DNA of 64,000 nt from Patescibacteria group bacterium (GTDB lineage Bacteria; Patescibacteriota; Patescibacteriia; S139-126; S139-133), in NCBI GenBank assembly GCA_049604715.1, contig JBMYTV010000002.1:56455-120454 (forward strand). Direction: 5' to 3'. This document shows positions 27,845 to 36,513 of this stretch, in pieces. The notes beneath the pieces were generated by a model, which saw only the letters and a list, made by a program, of their open reading frames with translations, was not told where the DNA came from and searched no databases. Numbering within the stretch: position 1 is the stretch's first letter; every line of letters begins with the position of its first letter. The position numbers were made by a program, and so were the translations under genes.

Positions 27845-30800
27845 ATGTCAAAACGGGGTTTTACACTTGTAGAGTTATTAGTCACCCTCGGAATCATGGT
27901 CGTGGGCGTTTTAGCAATTACACAACTTACGATACTTTTTTTGCAAATGAATGCAGAACAAAAAGCAAAAGTTACTGCCATTTCACTTGCCAATGAAAAA
28001 CTTGAGATCATCCGTAACCTTCCCTACACCGATATTGGCACTGCGGGTGGTATTCCGCCTGGAAATCTCATTCAAACAGAGCCTATCACTCGAAACAACA
28101 TTGATTTTACAGTCACAACCGAGATTGTGTATATTGATGATCCATTTGATGGTCTTATCAGTACCACAGGAAGCAGCGGATCCATATATAACACAAGTAA
28201 TTCTGAGGTGCTGTACTACTGGGATTTTGACTCGAATACAACTGGAGAAACCCCAAATATTGGCTCTGGCTCTTTAAGCTTTGTGGATACCTCACTAGAT
28301 ACTGGCTATCAAGGCGATGGCATTGCTATGAGTAGTGGCGATCGTATAACTACCACAGCTACTGGTAATGTTGATCTTTCAGAGGGCAGAATAGGCATTT
28401 GGTACAAGCCGAGTCTTAGTAATGCTGGGAATGAGCGAATTGTAGATTTTGAAACTACATCTGGCAATTTCTATATACGACGTCAGAGTAACGAAAAGCT
28501 ACAATTCAATTTTGGCGGACAATCAGCACGCTCATCTGCACTAACATGGAACGCTGATCAATGGTACTTTATCGAAGCTGCCTGGGAGGGTGATAATTAC
28601 AGACAAATATGGCGCGATGGTGTTCCTCTGGCACTAAAAGAAAATGTAGCAACCATCCCAGTTATTGATAACCAAATGAACATTGGCAACAGAGGAGATT
28701 CTAGCGAAATAGTTGAAGGAGTTCTTGATGAGTTGTATATACTCAATAATGCCCATAAATATGAGATATGGGGATATAATTACTCCAATCCGTACGTAGA
28801 CTCAAGTCCTTTAACTACATTTTATTGGAGTATGGACTCAACCAGCGCGTCGCAAACCCCTGAAGTTGGCACTGGCCCTATTACCCTTGGTGGTGACTAC
28901 ACTGAAACAAATCCTGCTGTTAATAACACAGGCATATATTTTAGTAACAACGGCAACCCTGACACTGACCATGCTTACATTCCTGCTAGCGGAAATATTG
29001 ACTTTGCTGAAAGTAGAATTTCTTTTTGGTTTAAGCCTCGAAATAACAATAACGTTAATAACAATAATGACTATTTACTCAAAGCCAGCGGCTGTAGTAG
29101 CGGCATGCTAGAACTAATACGAACTGATGATGAAAAATTAGAATTTTCATATGGCCCCTCAACAAATACTATTACTATAGAATCCCAAAGTTATTCTTGG
29201 AATAAAAACTACTGGTACTTAATTGAGGCAGCATTTGATGATGCGGGTGACACACTTCACGTATATATCAACCGCGAGGAAGTAGCGGTAAGTACCGGCG
29301 TGACTGTTGACGCCCCAATCGGCTGCTCTGGTCTTTATTTTGCAAATGAAAATAGCACATCATCAAAAAACGGTGATGGACATTTTGATGAACTTTATAT
29401 ACTTAACGAAGCGTATCCAGAGAGTGAAACCGCTGATCTTTTGAATACTGATTACAAACGAGCAAAAATAACAGTCGCCTGGGAAAACCAACGAGGAACA
29501 AGAGAGGTTTATTTGATTTCAGACATTGCTCCACCTGGTGTTGAAACAACTGCTGGTGGAGGTACGCTAATTTTCAATGTATTTGATGCTAGCGCTCAAC
29601 CAGTGAATGGAGCAACTGTAGATGTGTACAATGACTCGCTAGATCCTATTATTGACCTAACACTAACCACTGACTTATCAGGTAGACTTGTGCTTCCCGG
29701 AGCTCCAGCAACCTCAACATCATATGAGATTATTGTATCAAAACTAGGGTACAGTACTGACTATACATCTGCCGCCACCTCGACTTACACAAGCCCAGTA
29801 CGTGATCATTTAAGCGTGCTTGAAGGACAAGTCACTGAGGTCAGCTTCTCTATTGACCTCACTAGCACACTTGATATCACAACAGTATCACAAACCCTAC
29901 CTGTTACTTATCAGCTAAATACAGACTCATCAGGTGAGTCACAAACAAGCCCAACACTAGCACAAACCGCAGCTCACTTCTATCCAGTATGGGAAGATTA
30001 TCGTGGTAGTACAACAACCATGACTTATGGGCAAAAATATACTTTTGCCGGCTCAAATCAATGGACCAACGACAGCCAAGTATCTGTTCAAGCTAACCAA
30101 CTAAAGCCCCGCGCAGTTGCTGATAGCAGCGGCAACGTATATATAACGTGGTATGACAACTCATCGGGCGATAACGATATCTACATTCAAAAGTTATCCA
30201 CAGACGGTATCCCGCAATGGTCATATCCGGTCAAAGTAAACGGAGATAGCGGCAGTGCAGACCAGCGAAACCCAGATATAGATATCTTCAGCAACGAACT
30301 CTATATAGTCTGGGAAGATCAACGAAATGACACAGGCGATATCTACTTGCAAAAAGTATCATCAGGAGGAGTTATCCAGTTTGGTAGTGATATAAAAATC
30401 AATTCTGACAGCGGCGCAGACCAACAACAGAAACCAAAGATTACTATTGATTCTGGAGGTGACCTCTATATTGCCTGGATTGATGACCGTGGTGGTAGCG
30501 ATGATGTCTATCTTGACCGTGTTAATAGCGCGGGCTCAAATGTATGGTCATTTGAACAACAAGTAAATAGCAATAGCGCACCTGACATATCTCACTTTGA
30601 TTTTGATCTTGATAGCAATGACGATGCTCACATTGTGTGGCATGACGACCGTGGTGGCGACAATGACATTTATTTTCAAAGTTATGCATCTTCAAGTGTT
30701 GCCTTATTTGGATCTGACCAAACAATAACTGTGCAATCACCTTCATACAATCAACTTAATCCTCACATAGCTCTTGCAAGTGACAATACATTTTATATTG

Positions 30801-31279
30801 GCTGGCACGATGATAGTGGTGGAGACCAAGACGTGTATGTGCTAAATACAGACTCATCTGGCAACTCTCTTTGGGTAAATGAGATACAATTACACCAAGA
30901 AACATCAGGTGACCAACTTATTAGCGACCTTGCGACATATGATGGCACAAAAGTTGTAGCCACTTGGACTGACTACAGTCAAGGTGAGGCAAATGCCTGG
31001 CTTGGAACACTTAACTACGACGGTAGTGAGTCTGCTGCTCCATTTATTGACTTTATACTTCGTGGCACCAAACTCACTCACCAAAGCCCAGATAAAGTTA
31101 AATTTGAACAATCATACGCAACAGATGCAGCTGGCACTATATCAGTCACTGGCCTTGAATGGGACACATATGAGATAGAACTAAATGAACCAGGCGTAAC
31201 GACAACACAAGCAATTCCGTCACTACCTATCACACTCAATCCGAATACCACAGAAACGCTTAAACTCATCGTAGACTAA
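27845..31279 (+). CDS. giant prepilin-like (class III signal peptide) surface protein with two LamG/ConA-like domains, a carboxypeptidase-regulatory-like beta-sandwich and about 7 tandem ~58-aa propeller-like repeats; putative pilus tip adhesin
   Basis: Probable start at the ATG at 27845, giving MSKRG|FTLVELLV, a canonical prepilin leader with Gly-1 and Glu+5. The track start at 27839 uses GTG. There are two LDELYILN/FDELYILN LamG-type motifs. The repeat has the form P.I.xDxxGxLYIxWxDxRxGxxDIYxQ..xxxGxxxWxxxxxVNxDSG, about 7 copies between roughly 30000 and 31000. Confidence 0.75.
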   Translation: MSKRGFTLVELLVTLGIMVVGVLAITQLTILFLQMNAEQKAKVTAISLANEKLEIIRNLPYTDIGTAGGIPPGNLIQTEPITRNNIDFTVTTEIVYIDDPFDGLISTTGSSGSIYNTSNSEVLYYWDFDSNTTGETPNIGSGSLSFVDTSLDTGYQGDGIAMSSGDRITTTATGNVDLSEGRIGIWYKPSLSNAGNERIVDFETTSGNFYIRRQSNEKLQFNFGGQSARSSALTWNADQWYFIEAAWEGDNYRQIWRDGVPLALKENVATIPVIDNQMNIGNRGDSSEIVEGVLDELYILNNAHKYEIWGYNYSNPYVDSSPLTTFYWSMDSTSASQTPEVGTGPITLGGDYTETNPAVNNTGIYFSNNGNPDTDHAYIPASGNIDFAESRISFWFKPRNNNNVNNNNDYLLKASGCSSGMLELIRTDDEKLEFSYGPSTNTITIESQSYSWNKNYWYLIEAAFDDAGDTLHVYINREEVAVSTGVTVDAPIGCSGLYFANENSTSSKNGDGHFDELYILNEAYPESETADLLNTDYKRAKITVAWENQRGTREVYLISDIAPPGVETTAGGGTLIFNVFDASAQPVNGATVDVYNDSLDPIIDLTLTTDLSGRLVLPGAPATSTSYEIIVSKLGYSTDYTSAATSTYTSPVRDHLSVLEGQVTEVSFSIDLTSTLDITTVSQTLPVTYQLNTDSSGESQTSPTLAQTAAHFYPVWEDYRGSTTTMTYGQKYTFAGSNQWTNDSQVSVQANQLKPRAVADSSGNVYITWYDNSSGDNDIYIQKLSTDGIPQWSYPVKVNGDSGSADQRNPDIDIFSNELYIVWEDQRNDTGDIYLQKVSSGGVIQFGSDIKINSDSGADQQQKPKITIDSGGDLYIAWIDDRGGSDDVYLDRVNSAGSNVWSFEQQVNSNSAPDISHFDFDLDSNDDAHIVWHDDRGGDNDIYFQSYASSSVALFGSDQTITVQSPSYNQLNPHIALASDNTFYIGWHDDSGGDQDVYVLNTDSSGNSLWVNEIQLHQETSGDQLISDLATYDGTKVVATWTDYSQGEANAWLGTLNYDGSESAAPFIDFILRGTKLTHQSPDKVKFEQSYATDAAGTISVTGLEWDTYEIELNEPGVTTTQAIPSLPITLNPNTTETLKLIVD

Positions 31280-31896
31280 TGAATAATTTACATAACAATA
31301 AAGGAATTTCACTATTCGAAGTACTGATTACTGTTGGTATATTTGTCGTGGTAGTGGTTGTGTGGAATCAAATGATCATTCAAAGTTATCGTTCAGCTGC
31401 TTTTGGCCAAGAGCAACAAGAAGCTATTCGGCAAGCAGAGCGTGGTATAGAACAAATGACAAAAGAAATCCGTGAAATGTCCACAGCAGAAGACGGCTCA
31501 TATGCTCTTGAATTAGCTGGTGACAATGAAATTATCTTTTACTCAGACATTGACCAGGACGTACTTACTGAACGCGTTCGATACTACTTGTCAGGTACAA
31601 CACTTTATAGAGGCACAGTCGAACCGTCTGGAGACCCACTAAGTTATGACACGGGGAGTGAGGTTGTAGCTCAGCTCGCAACTTATGTAAACAACACTAG
31701 CACAAGCATGTTTACTTATTACAATGATCAGTACCCATTTGATGATGTAAACAATCCCCTTCCTGCACCAGCTCGTTTGATTGAAACAAAACTACTTCAT
31801 GTTTTCTTGCGCATAAATATCGACCCAACCCAAGCACCTAACGATTTTGATGTTGAATCTGATGTGCAACTGAGGAATCTAAAGTCAAACTTATGA
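31279..31896 (+). CDS. pseudopilin / minor pilin with prepilin-type N-terminus
   Basis: MNNLHNNKG|ISLFEVLITVGIFVVVVVV: Gly-1, Glu+5 and a hydrophobic alpha1 helix. 205 aa. Confidence 0.7.
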   Translation: MNNLHNNKGISLFEVLITVGIFVVVVVVWNQMIIQSYRSAAFGQEQQEAIRQAERGIEQMTKEIREMSTAEDGSYALELAGDNEIIFYSDIDQDVLTERVRYYLSGTTLYRGTVEPSGDPLSYDTGSEVVAQLATYVNNTSTSMFTYYNDQYPFDDVNNPLPAPARLIETKLLHVFLRINIDPTQAPNDFDVESDVQLRNLKSNL

Positions 31897-33290
31897 GAAA
31901 GCACATACATACAAACCAGGATGGTACATTGCTTATTATAGTTGTTGTGATGACAGGAATATTTGTATTTATGCTTTCTGGATACTTAAGTTTGATGACA
32001 TATCAGCAGCGACTAACCAATGCCAAAATTGCTGGCATACAATCTCTCCATATTGCAGAAGCTGGAGTAAACTACTACCGTTGGCATTTAGCACATGACC
32101 CTGATGATTATACTGATGGCACTGGTGGTCCTGGTCCATATGTTCATGATTACTATGACCCAACAACCGGTCTTATTGGGCAATATAGTCTTGAAATTGA
32201 CCCCCCTGAGCCAGGTTCTACTATAGTAACTATCCGCTCAACTGGCTGGGTTAACGATTATCCTGATATTGAACGCACTGTTGAGGTTACCTATGGAAAA
32301 CCATCACTAGCTAAATACTCATTTCTAACCAATAGTGACGTTTGGCTAGGTGATAGTGAATCAGTAAGTGGCGAAATGCACTCTAATGGCGGTGTACGTA
32401 TGGACGGCACCAATGATTCACTTGTTACTTCAGCATTAGCTACATACACCTGCACCCCATCACACGGCTGCTCATACGAGACAAAAGATGGAGTCTGGGG
32501 CACTGGCCCAAATAGCGATCTTTGGAGTTTTCCTGTAACTGAGGTTGATTTTGCTACAATTACACTTGATCTGGCTGACATAAAAACAGAAGCAGAAACA
32601 AACGGAGACTACTATCCTGACTCGAGTTATGGATACCACATAACATTTTTAGCTGACGGTACTTACAACATCTACACTGTAACTTCCCTACAGTCTAGTT
32701 TGTACCAAATTGATGATGATGATTTTTCAGGATGTGAGTCAAAATCAGAAGGCATTGCAAGTGAAACATTTATCGGCAACTACCCCATTCCAACCAACAG
32801 CACTATCTTTGTTGAAGATGATCTGTGGATTGATGGCGTACTTAATGGTAAAATAACAGTAGCAGCCGCACGGTTTCCAGCAAATCCATCAACCTATGCC
32901 AACATTTACATAAATAACAACCTAACTTATGTGGCGCGTGATAATACAAATGCGCTTGGCTTAGTTGCTCAAAAAAATATCCAAGTACCACGGCATGCAC
33001 CTTCTGACCTTACTATTGATGCGATCTTGCTTGCACAAAACGGAAGAGTATATAGAGCATATTACTGCTGGTGGCCACACAGACTTGTAACCAACTCCAT
33101 AGAAGTATACGGTGGTATTATCACCAACAAAATCTGGACATGGACATGGGTCTCTGGTTCAACCACAGTTGATGGATATGATAGTACCAATAGCATCTTT
33201 CATAACAACTTATTATTTGCACCACCTCCCTACTTCCCAACAAGTGGTGAATACCAATTTATTACCTGGGAAGAAATTCCAACACCCTAA
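31893..33290 (+). CDS. PilX-like pilus-associated protein (N-terminal membrane anchor, beta-rich ectodomain)
   Basis: The N-terminal TM segment is followed by QSLHIAEAGVNYY, which resembles the PilX_N motif (A..AAEAG). 465 aa. It overlaps the upstream gene by 4 nt. Confidence 0.45.
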   Translation: MRKHIHTNQDGTLLIIVVVMTGIFVFMLSGYLSLMTYQQRLTNAKIAGIQSLHIAEAGVNYYRWHLAHDPDDYTDGTGGPGPYVHDYYDPTTGLIGQYSLEIDPPEPGSTIVTIRSTGWVNDYPDIERTVEVTYGKPSLAKYSFLTNSDVWLGDSESVSGEMHSNGGVRMDGTNDSLVTSALATYTCTPSHGCSYETKDGVWGTGPNSDLWSFPVTEVDFATITLDLADIKTEAETNGDYYPDSSYGYHITFLADGTYNIYTVTSLQSSLYQIDDDDFSGCESKSEGIASETFIGNYPIPTNSTIFVEDDLWIDGVLNGKITVAAARFPANPSTYANIYINNNLTYVARDNTNALGLVAQKNIQVPRHAPSDLTIDAILLAQNGRVYRAYYCWWPHRLVTNSIEVYGGIITNKIWTWTWVSGSTTVDGYDSTNSIFHNNLLFAPPPYFPTSGEYQFITWEEIPTP

Positions 33291-33295
33291 AACCC

Positions 33296-34354
33296 ATGTT
33301 TCAATCACAATCACCAACAGCCTGGGGGCTTGATATAGGAGAAAAATCACTGAAGATGTCAGCGGTTATTCAGTCTGGTGATAATTTTGCTCTTTCTAAC
33401 TACGGATCACTGACAATTGAAGACGAAGAAGTAACAAAAGGCATTCTGCAGGACCCTGACTTGCTTGGTAAAAAAATCAAAAAACTTCTCAAAGAACATA
33501 CATATGGCAGAAAAGTGAAGACACCCTTTGTTCATGCGTGTATTCCTGACTCAGATACATTTGTAAAGCTTATTGATATTCCTGATATGACTGATGAGGA
33601 AATACCAGAAGCTGTACGCTGGGCATCAGAACAACACATTCCACTTTCACCTGATGATATATATATTGATTGGAATATTGTAAGACATGATCCACAAAAT
33701 AAAAAAATATATGTTTTGATTGGAGCAGTTCAAAAATCAATCAGCAATCAACTCACAGAAGCTATTAAAAGAGCAGATCTAGTACCACTATCCCTTGATG
33801 TTGAAGCAACAGCCATCGTCAGAGCTCTCCAGAGCCTAACTGTACCTACAAATACCTCACATGCGACTGCATTCCTTGATCTTGGCGCTACGCATTCAAC
33901 GATTATTATATTTGCGCGTGATACCATTCAGTTTGTCTCTACTATTCCATTTAGTGGAGAAGAAATAACTAGCACACTTGCAACTGAGCTTAGCATCTCA
34001 AAAGCTGAAGCAGAAAAGGCCAAAATAGTATGCGGACTTACCAATCCAGATTGTGAAGATGCACTAAAACAGGTTCTAAAAAAGGACCTTGATGCTATGA
34101 CTAAAAAAATTAATAGTTCTTTTGCCTTTTACAAAGAGCACACATTTGATCCATTACCTATAAACCAACTTATTTTGTGCGGGGGCGGATCACTTCTTGA
34201 TGGTATTGTTGGCCACTTAGGTAAAGAAATTGAATGCGATGTCAGACTTGGCAATTTAGCTCCATTTATTTCATCCTCATCAAAGTCAGACTTTGCGAAA
34301 AAGAATTTATCCTACACAACAGCCTTAGGCCTTGCTATGAAAGCATATGAGTAA
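33296..34354 (+). CDS. pilM: type IV pilus assembly protein PilM (actin-like ATPase)
   Basis: 352 aa with N-terminal WGLDIGEKSLKMSAV and an actin/FtsA-like fold signature (LCGGGSLLDGI). Confidence 0.8.
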   Translation: MFQSQSPTAWGLDIGEKSLKMSAVIQSGDNFALSNYGSLTIEDEEVTKGILQDPDLLGKKIKKLLKEHTYGRKVKTPFVHACIPDSDTFVKLIDIPDMTDEEIPEAVRWASEQHIPLSPDDIYIDWNIVRHDPQNKKIYVLIGAVQKSISNQLTEAIKRADLVPLSLDVEATAIVRALQSLTVPTNTSHATAFLDLGATHSTIIIFARDTIQFVSTIPFSGEEITSTLATELSISKAEAEKAKIVCGLTNPDCEDALKQVLKKDLDAMTKKINSSFAFYKEHTFDPLPINQLILCGGGSLLDGIVGHLGKEIECDVRLGNLAPFISSSSKSDFAKKNLSYTTALGLAMKAYE

Positions 34355-34922
34355 ATTATCCCTAAACTTATTATCACCAACAGAGCGCATGGAGTCATCC
34401 CTGCAGTGGCATTATGTGATTATAAAAAATGTCATTTTTATGATTCTTTCAGTAACGTTTGTAATTGCTGTTATGCTTTTTGGTGCTAAGCTAATTTTGC
34501 TGAATAGACTTACTGAAGCAGAAATGCAAATATCTTTAGTTAATGCTTCACTAGCCGGAACAAATCAAAAAATAGCAAATGTAAATAAAGATTTGAGAGA
34601 TATAGAAAAAATACAAAAAGAATTTGTTCCTTGGTCTGAGTCACTATGGAATGTACTGACGCTTGTCCCAAACGAAATACAAGTCTCATCATTAAGGTTG
34701 TCATCGGATGAGAGCACTATCTACATAGACGGTATTGCGCAAACCCGAGAATCTTTACTCGAATTCCAGGAGTCACTTGAGACTGCTCAATTTGCTGAAA
34801 ATGTATACCTACCACTGGCAAGTCTTTTACAAAAAACAGACATAACATTTAATGTAACTATTACAGTCGCACCTGTTCTAGTTTCTGATTTACAAGAACA
34901 TGAAACTGAAGGAATTGAATAA
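34347..34922 (+). CDS. pilN: PilN-like bitopic protein
   Basis: 191 aa with a single N-terminal TM helix then a coiled-coil. Position after pilM with an 8-nt overlap. Confidence 0.5.
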   Translation: MSKLSLNLLSPTERMESSLQWHYVIIKNVIFMILSVTFVIAVMLFGAKLILLNRLTEAEMQISLVNASLAGTNQKIANVNKDLRDIEKIQKEFVPWSESLWNVLTLVPNEIQVSSLRLSSDESTIYIDGIAQTRESLLEFQESLETAQFAENVYLPLASLLQKTDITFNVTITVAPVLVSDLQEHETEGIE

Positions 34923-35439
34923 AAAACAAATAGTACATGTTAGCTTTGCACTTAGTGGCGCAGTAATTTTGGGCTTACTTGTGTTTATTGTACTTACAGT
35001 ACGTGATATTAAGGTTATTAGTGGCGACATATATTCTAAACGCGTAGCTCTAGAAACGAGATATCAATCAGGACTATCAATGCGTGAAAGTATTCAGCAG
35101 CTAGATGAAATAGAACCTTCAATTGAGAATGTTTCAACTGCTTTTGTATACAAAGAGCAAACACTAGAATTTGTAAATGACCTAGAAGAAACTGCGAGCA
35201 CATATAGACTAGAGCAGATTATCAATATCCCCGAAATCGACGCTGAGGACAAAGCCGTCACGGAATCACCCATCGGACTGACTTTGCGCGGCGAGGCAGA
35301 AGACATTTTTGCATATATTAATGCACTTGATAGCAAACCATACTATATCGTAGTGAATCAAATTGAACTAACAAATATCACAAGTGGTAATAGCACCGGT
35401 CTAACATGTGTTATTTCAGGTACAATTCATTGGAGATAA
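34900..35439 (+). CDS. pilO: PilO-like bitopic protein
   Basis: 179 aa with a single N-terminal TM helix. Gene order pilM-N-O. Confidence 0.45.
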   Translation: MKLKELNKKQIVHVSFALSGAVILGLLVFIVLTVRDIKVISGDIYSKRVALETRYQSGLSMRESIQQLDEIEPSIENVSTAFVYKEQTLEFVNDLEETASTYRLEQIINIPEIDAEDKAVTESPIGLTLRGEAEDIFAYINALDSKPYYIVVNQIELTNITSGNSTGLTCVISGTIHWR

Positions 35440-35444
35440 CTTAT

Positions 35445-35816
35445 ATGAAAAAAATACCTCTACCAAAAATCCCAATTAAAAAAGTCCTCAGTGTTGCACT
35501 GGGACAAATTAAACATATTGCGATTATTCTTTCCATTGTATTATTACTTAGCTTTGGTTGGTTTTTGTATCAAAACTTTTATACAACTATTATTAGCGCG
35601 CGAGAAATAGTTATTTTGGAAAGTGAAGTATCAAGTAATAATGTTGACATTCACCTATTACAACGTGTTGAGAAAAGCCATGCTGCAAAACAAGAGATTC
35701 AGATTAAGTCCTGGGGTGTTATGCGCAGTGCCTTTTCAGATACTCCAGCTACAAACAATGACCTGCAATTAGATGACCCGTTTTCTAATGAGGTCACTCC
35801 GCGGGTAACTTTCTAA
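35445..35816 (+). CDS. hypothetical bitopic membrane protein (PilP-position)
   Basis: Internal Met MKKIPLP at 35445 avoids overlap with the upstream gene. It has a single TM segment (IAIILSIVLLLSFGWFLY). Confidence 0.3.
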   Translation: MKKIPLPKIPIKKVLSVALGQIKHIAIILSIVLLLSFGWFLYQNFYTTIISAREIVILESEVSSNNVDIHLLQRVEKSHAAKQEIQIKSWGVMRSAFSDTPATNNDLQLDDPFSNEVTPRVTF

Positions 35817-36070
35817 TCCTCCTCAACCTCTAAATGCATAAACTCAGGTATAGACTCTAGTAGCTCGCGCTCAACCCCAAGTGTCAGCGTAATTGAAGAT
35901 AGCGGACACCCTATACACGCACCGCCTAGCCGCACTGTTACTGTACCTGACGCCTCATCACAATTCACAAGAAAAATATCACCACCATCCATCTGAACGG
36001 TTGGTTTTATTTTAGCCTCAAAAACCTCTTCTACCCGTGCTTTAAATGTTTTATCTTTCTGCTTAGTCAT
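35813..36070 (-). CDS. NifU-like Fe-S cluster scaffold domain protein (Nfu type)
   Basis: 85 aa. VRLGGACIGCPLSSITLTLGVE matches the NifU C-terminal domain CxxC motif. Confidence 0.75.
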   Translation of the reverse strand: MTKQKDKTFKARVEEVFEAKIKPTVQMDGGDIFLVNCDEASGTVTVRLGGACIGCPLSSITLTLGVERELLESIPEFMHLEVEED

Positions 36071-36130
36071 AACGCTTACGATTATAACATGATCCTTTAA
36101 TTTATGTATATTTACCCAAAATCAGAAGCT

Positions 36131-36166
36131 TGACAAATTCCTCTAATTGTTTTAAATTAGACAAGT
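36131..36166 (+). promoter_or_regulatory. sigma70-like promoter for rpmA
   Basis: TTGACA-17 nt-TAAATT, about 25 nt upstream of the rpmA Shine-Dalgarno and ATG. Confidence 0.4.
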
Positions 36167-36190
36167 ATTACTAAATATTGACATTAGCAT

Positions 36191-36475
36191 ATGGCACATA
36201 AGAAAGCTGGTGGTTCAACTAGTTTAGGTCGCGATTCGATTGCAAAGCGCCTTGGAGTTAAGCTATTTGACGGTCAATTTGCTCATGCCGGATCAATTCT
36301 CGTTCGACAACGTGGTACAAAGATTCATCCAGGTAAGCATGTTAAACGAGCCGGTGATGATACTCTATTTGCATCAGAATCAGGTATGGTAAAATTTATT
36401 ACCAAAAGCGTACGATTGTTCAATGGTAAGCTCAAAAAGCGCAAATACGTGACTATCGAACCAACCAAAAAATAA
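36191..36475 (+). CDS. rpmA: 50S ribosomal protein L27
   Basis: [24 protein letters not shown]...[11 protein letters not shown] is near-identical in pattern to bacterial L27. Confidence 0.95.
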   Translation: MAHKKAGGSTSLGRDSIAKRLGVKLFDGQFAHAGSILVRQRGTKIHPGKHVKRAGDDTLFASESGMVKFITKSVRLFNGKLKKRKYVTIEPTKK

Positions 36476-36504
36476 AAAAACGCGGTACATGCCGCGTTTT
36501 TTTG
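36474..36504. terminator. bidirectional rho-independent terminator between rpmA (+) and pyrG (-)
   Basis: AAAAAAACGCGG-tacatg-CCGCGTTTTTTT. Confidence 0.7.
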
Positions 36505-36513
36505 ATTGTGTTT

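Noticed and set aside
28866-31269. Short ORFs overlapping the giant pilin gene and other pilus genes on either strand (28866-29111, 30522-30746, 30905-31111, 31078-31269)
   Set aside because: Embedded within a long, motif-rich coding frame. No independent start or Shine-Dalgarno support.
27839-31279. Diversity-generating retroelement targeting the giant pilin
   Set aside because: DGRs commonly diversify adhesins in CPR genomes, but no reverse transcriptase gene or obvious template/variable repeat pair is visible in this window.
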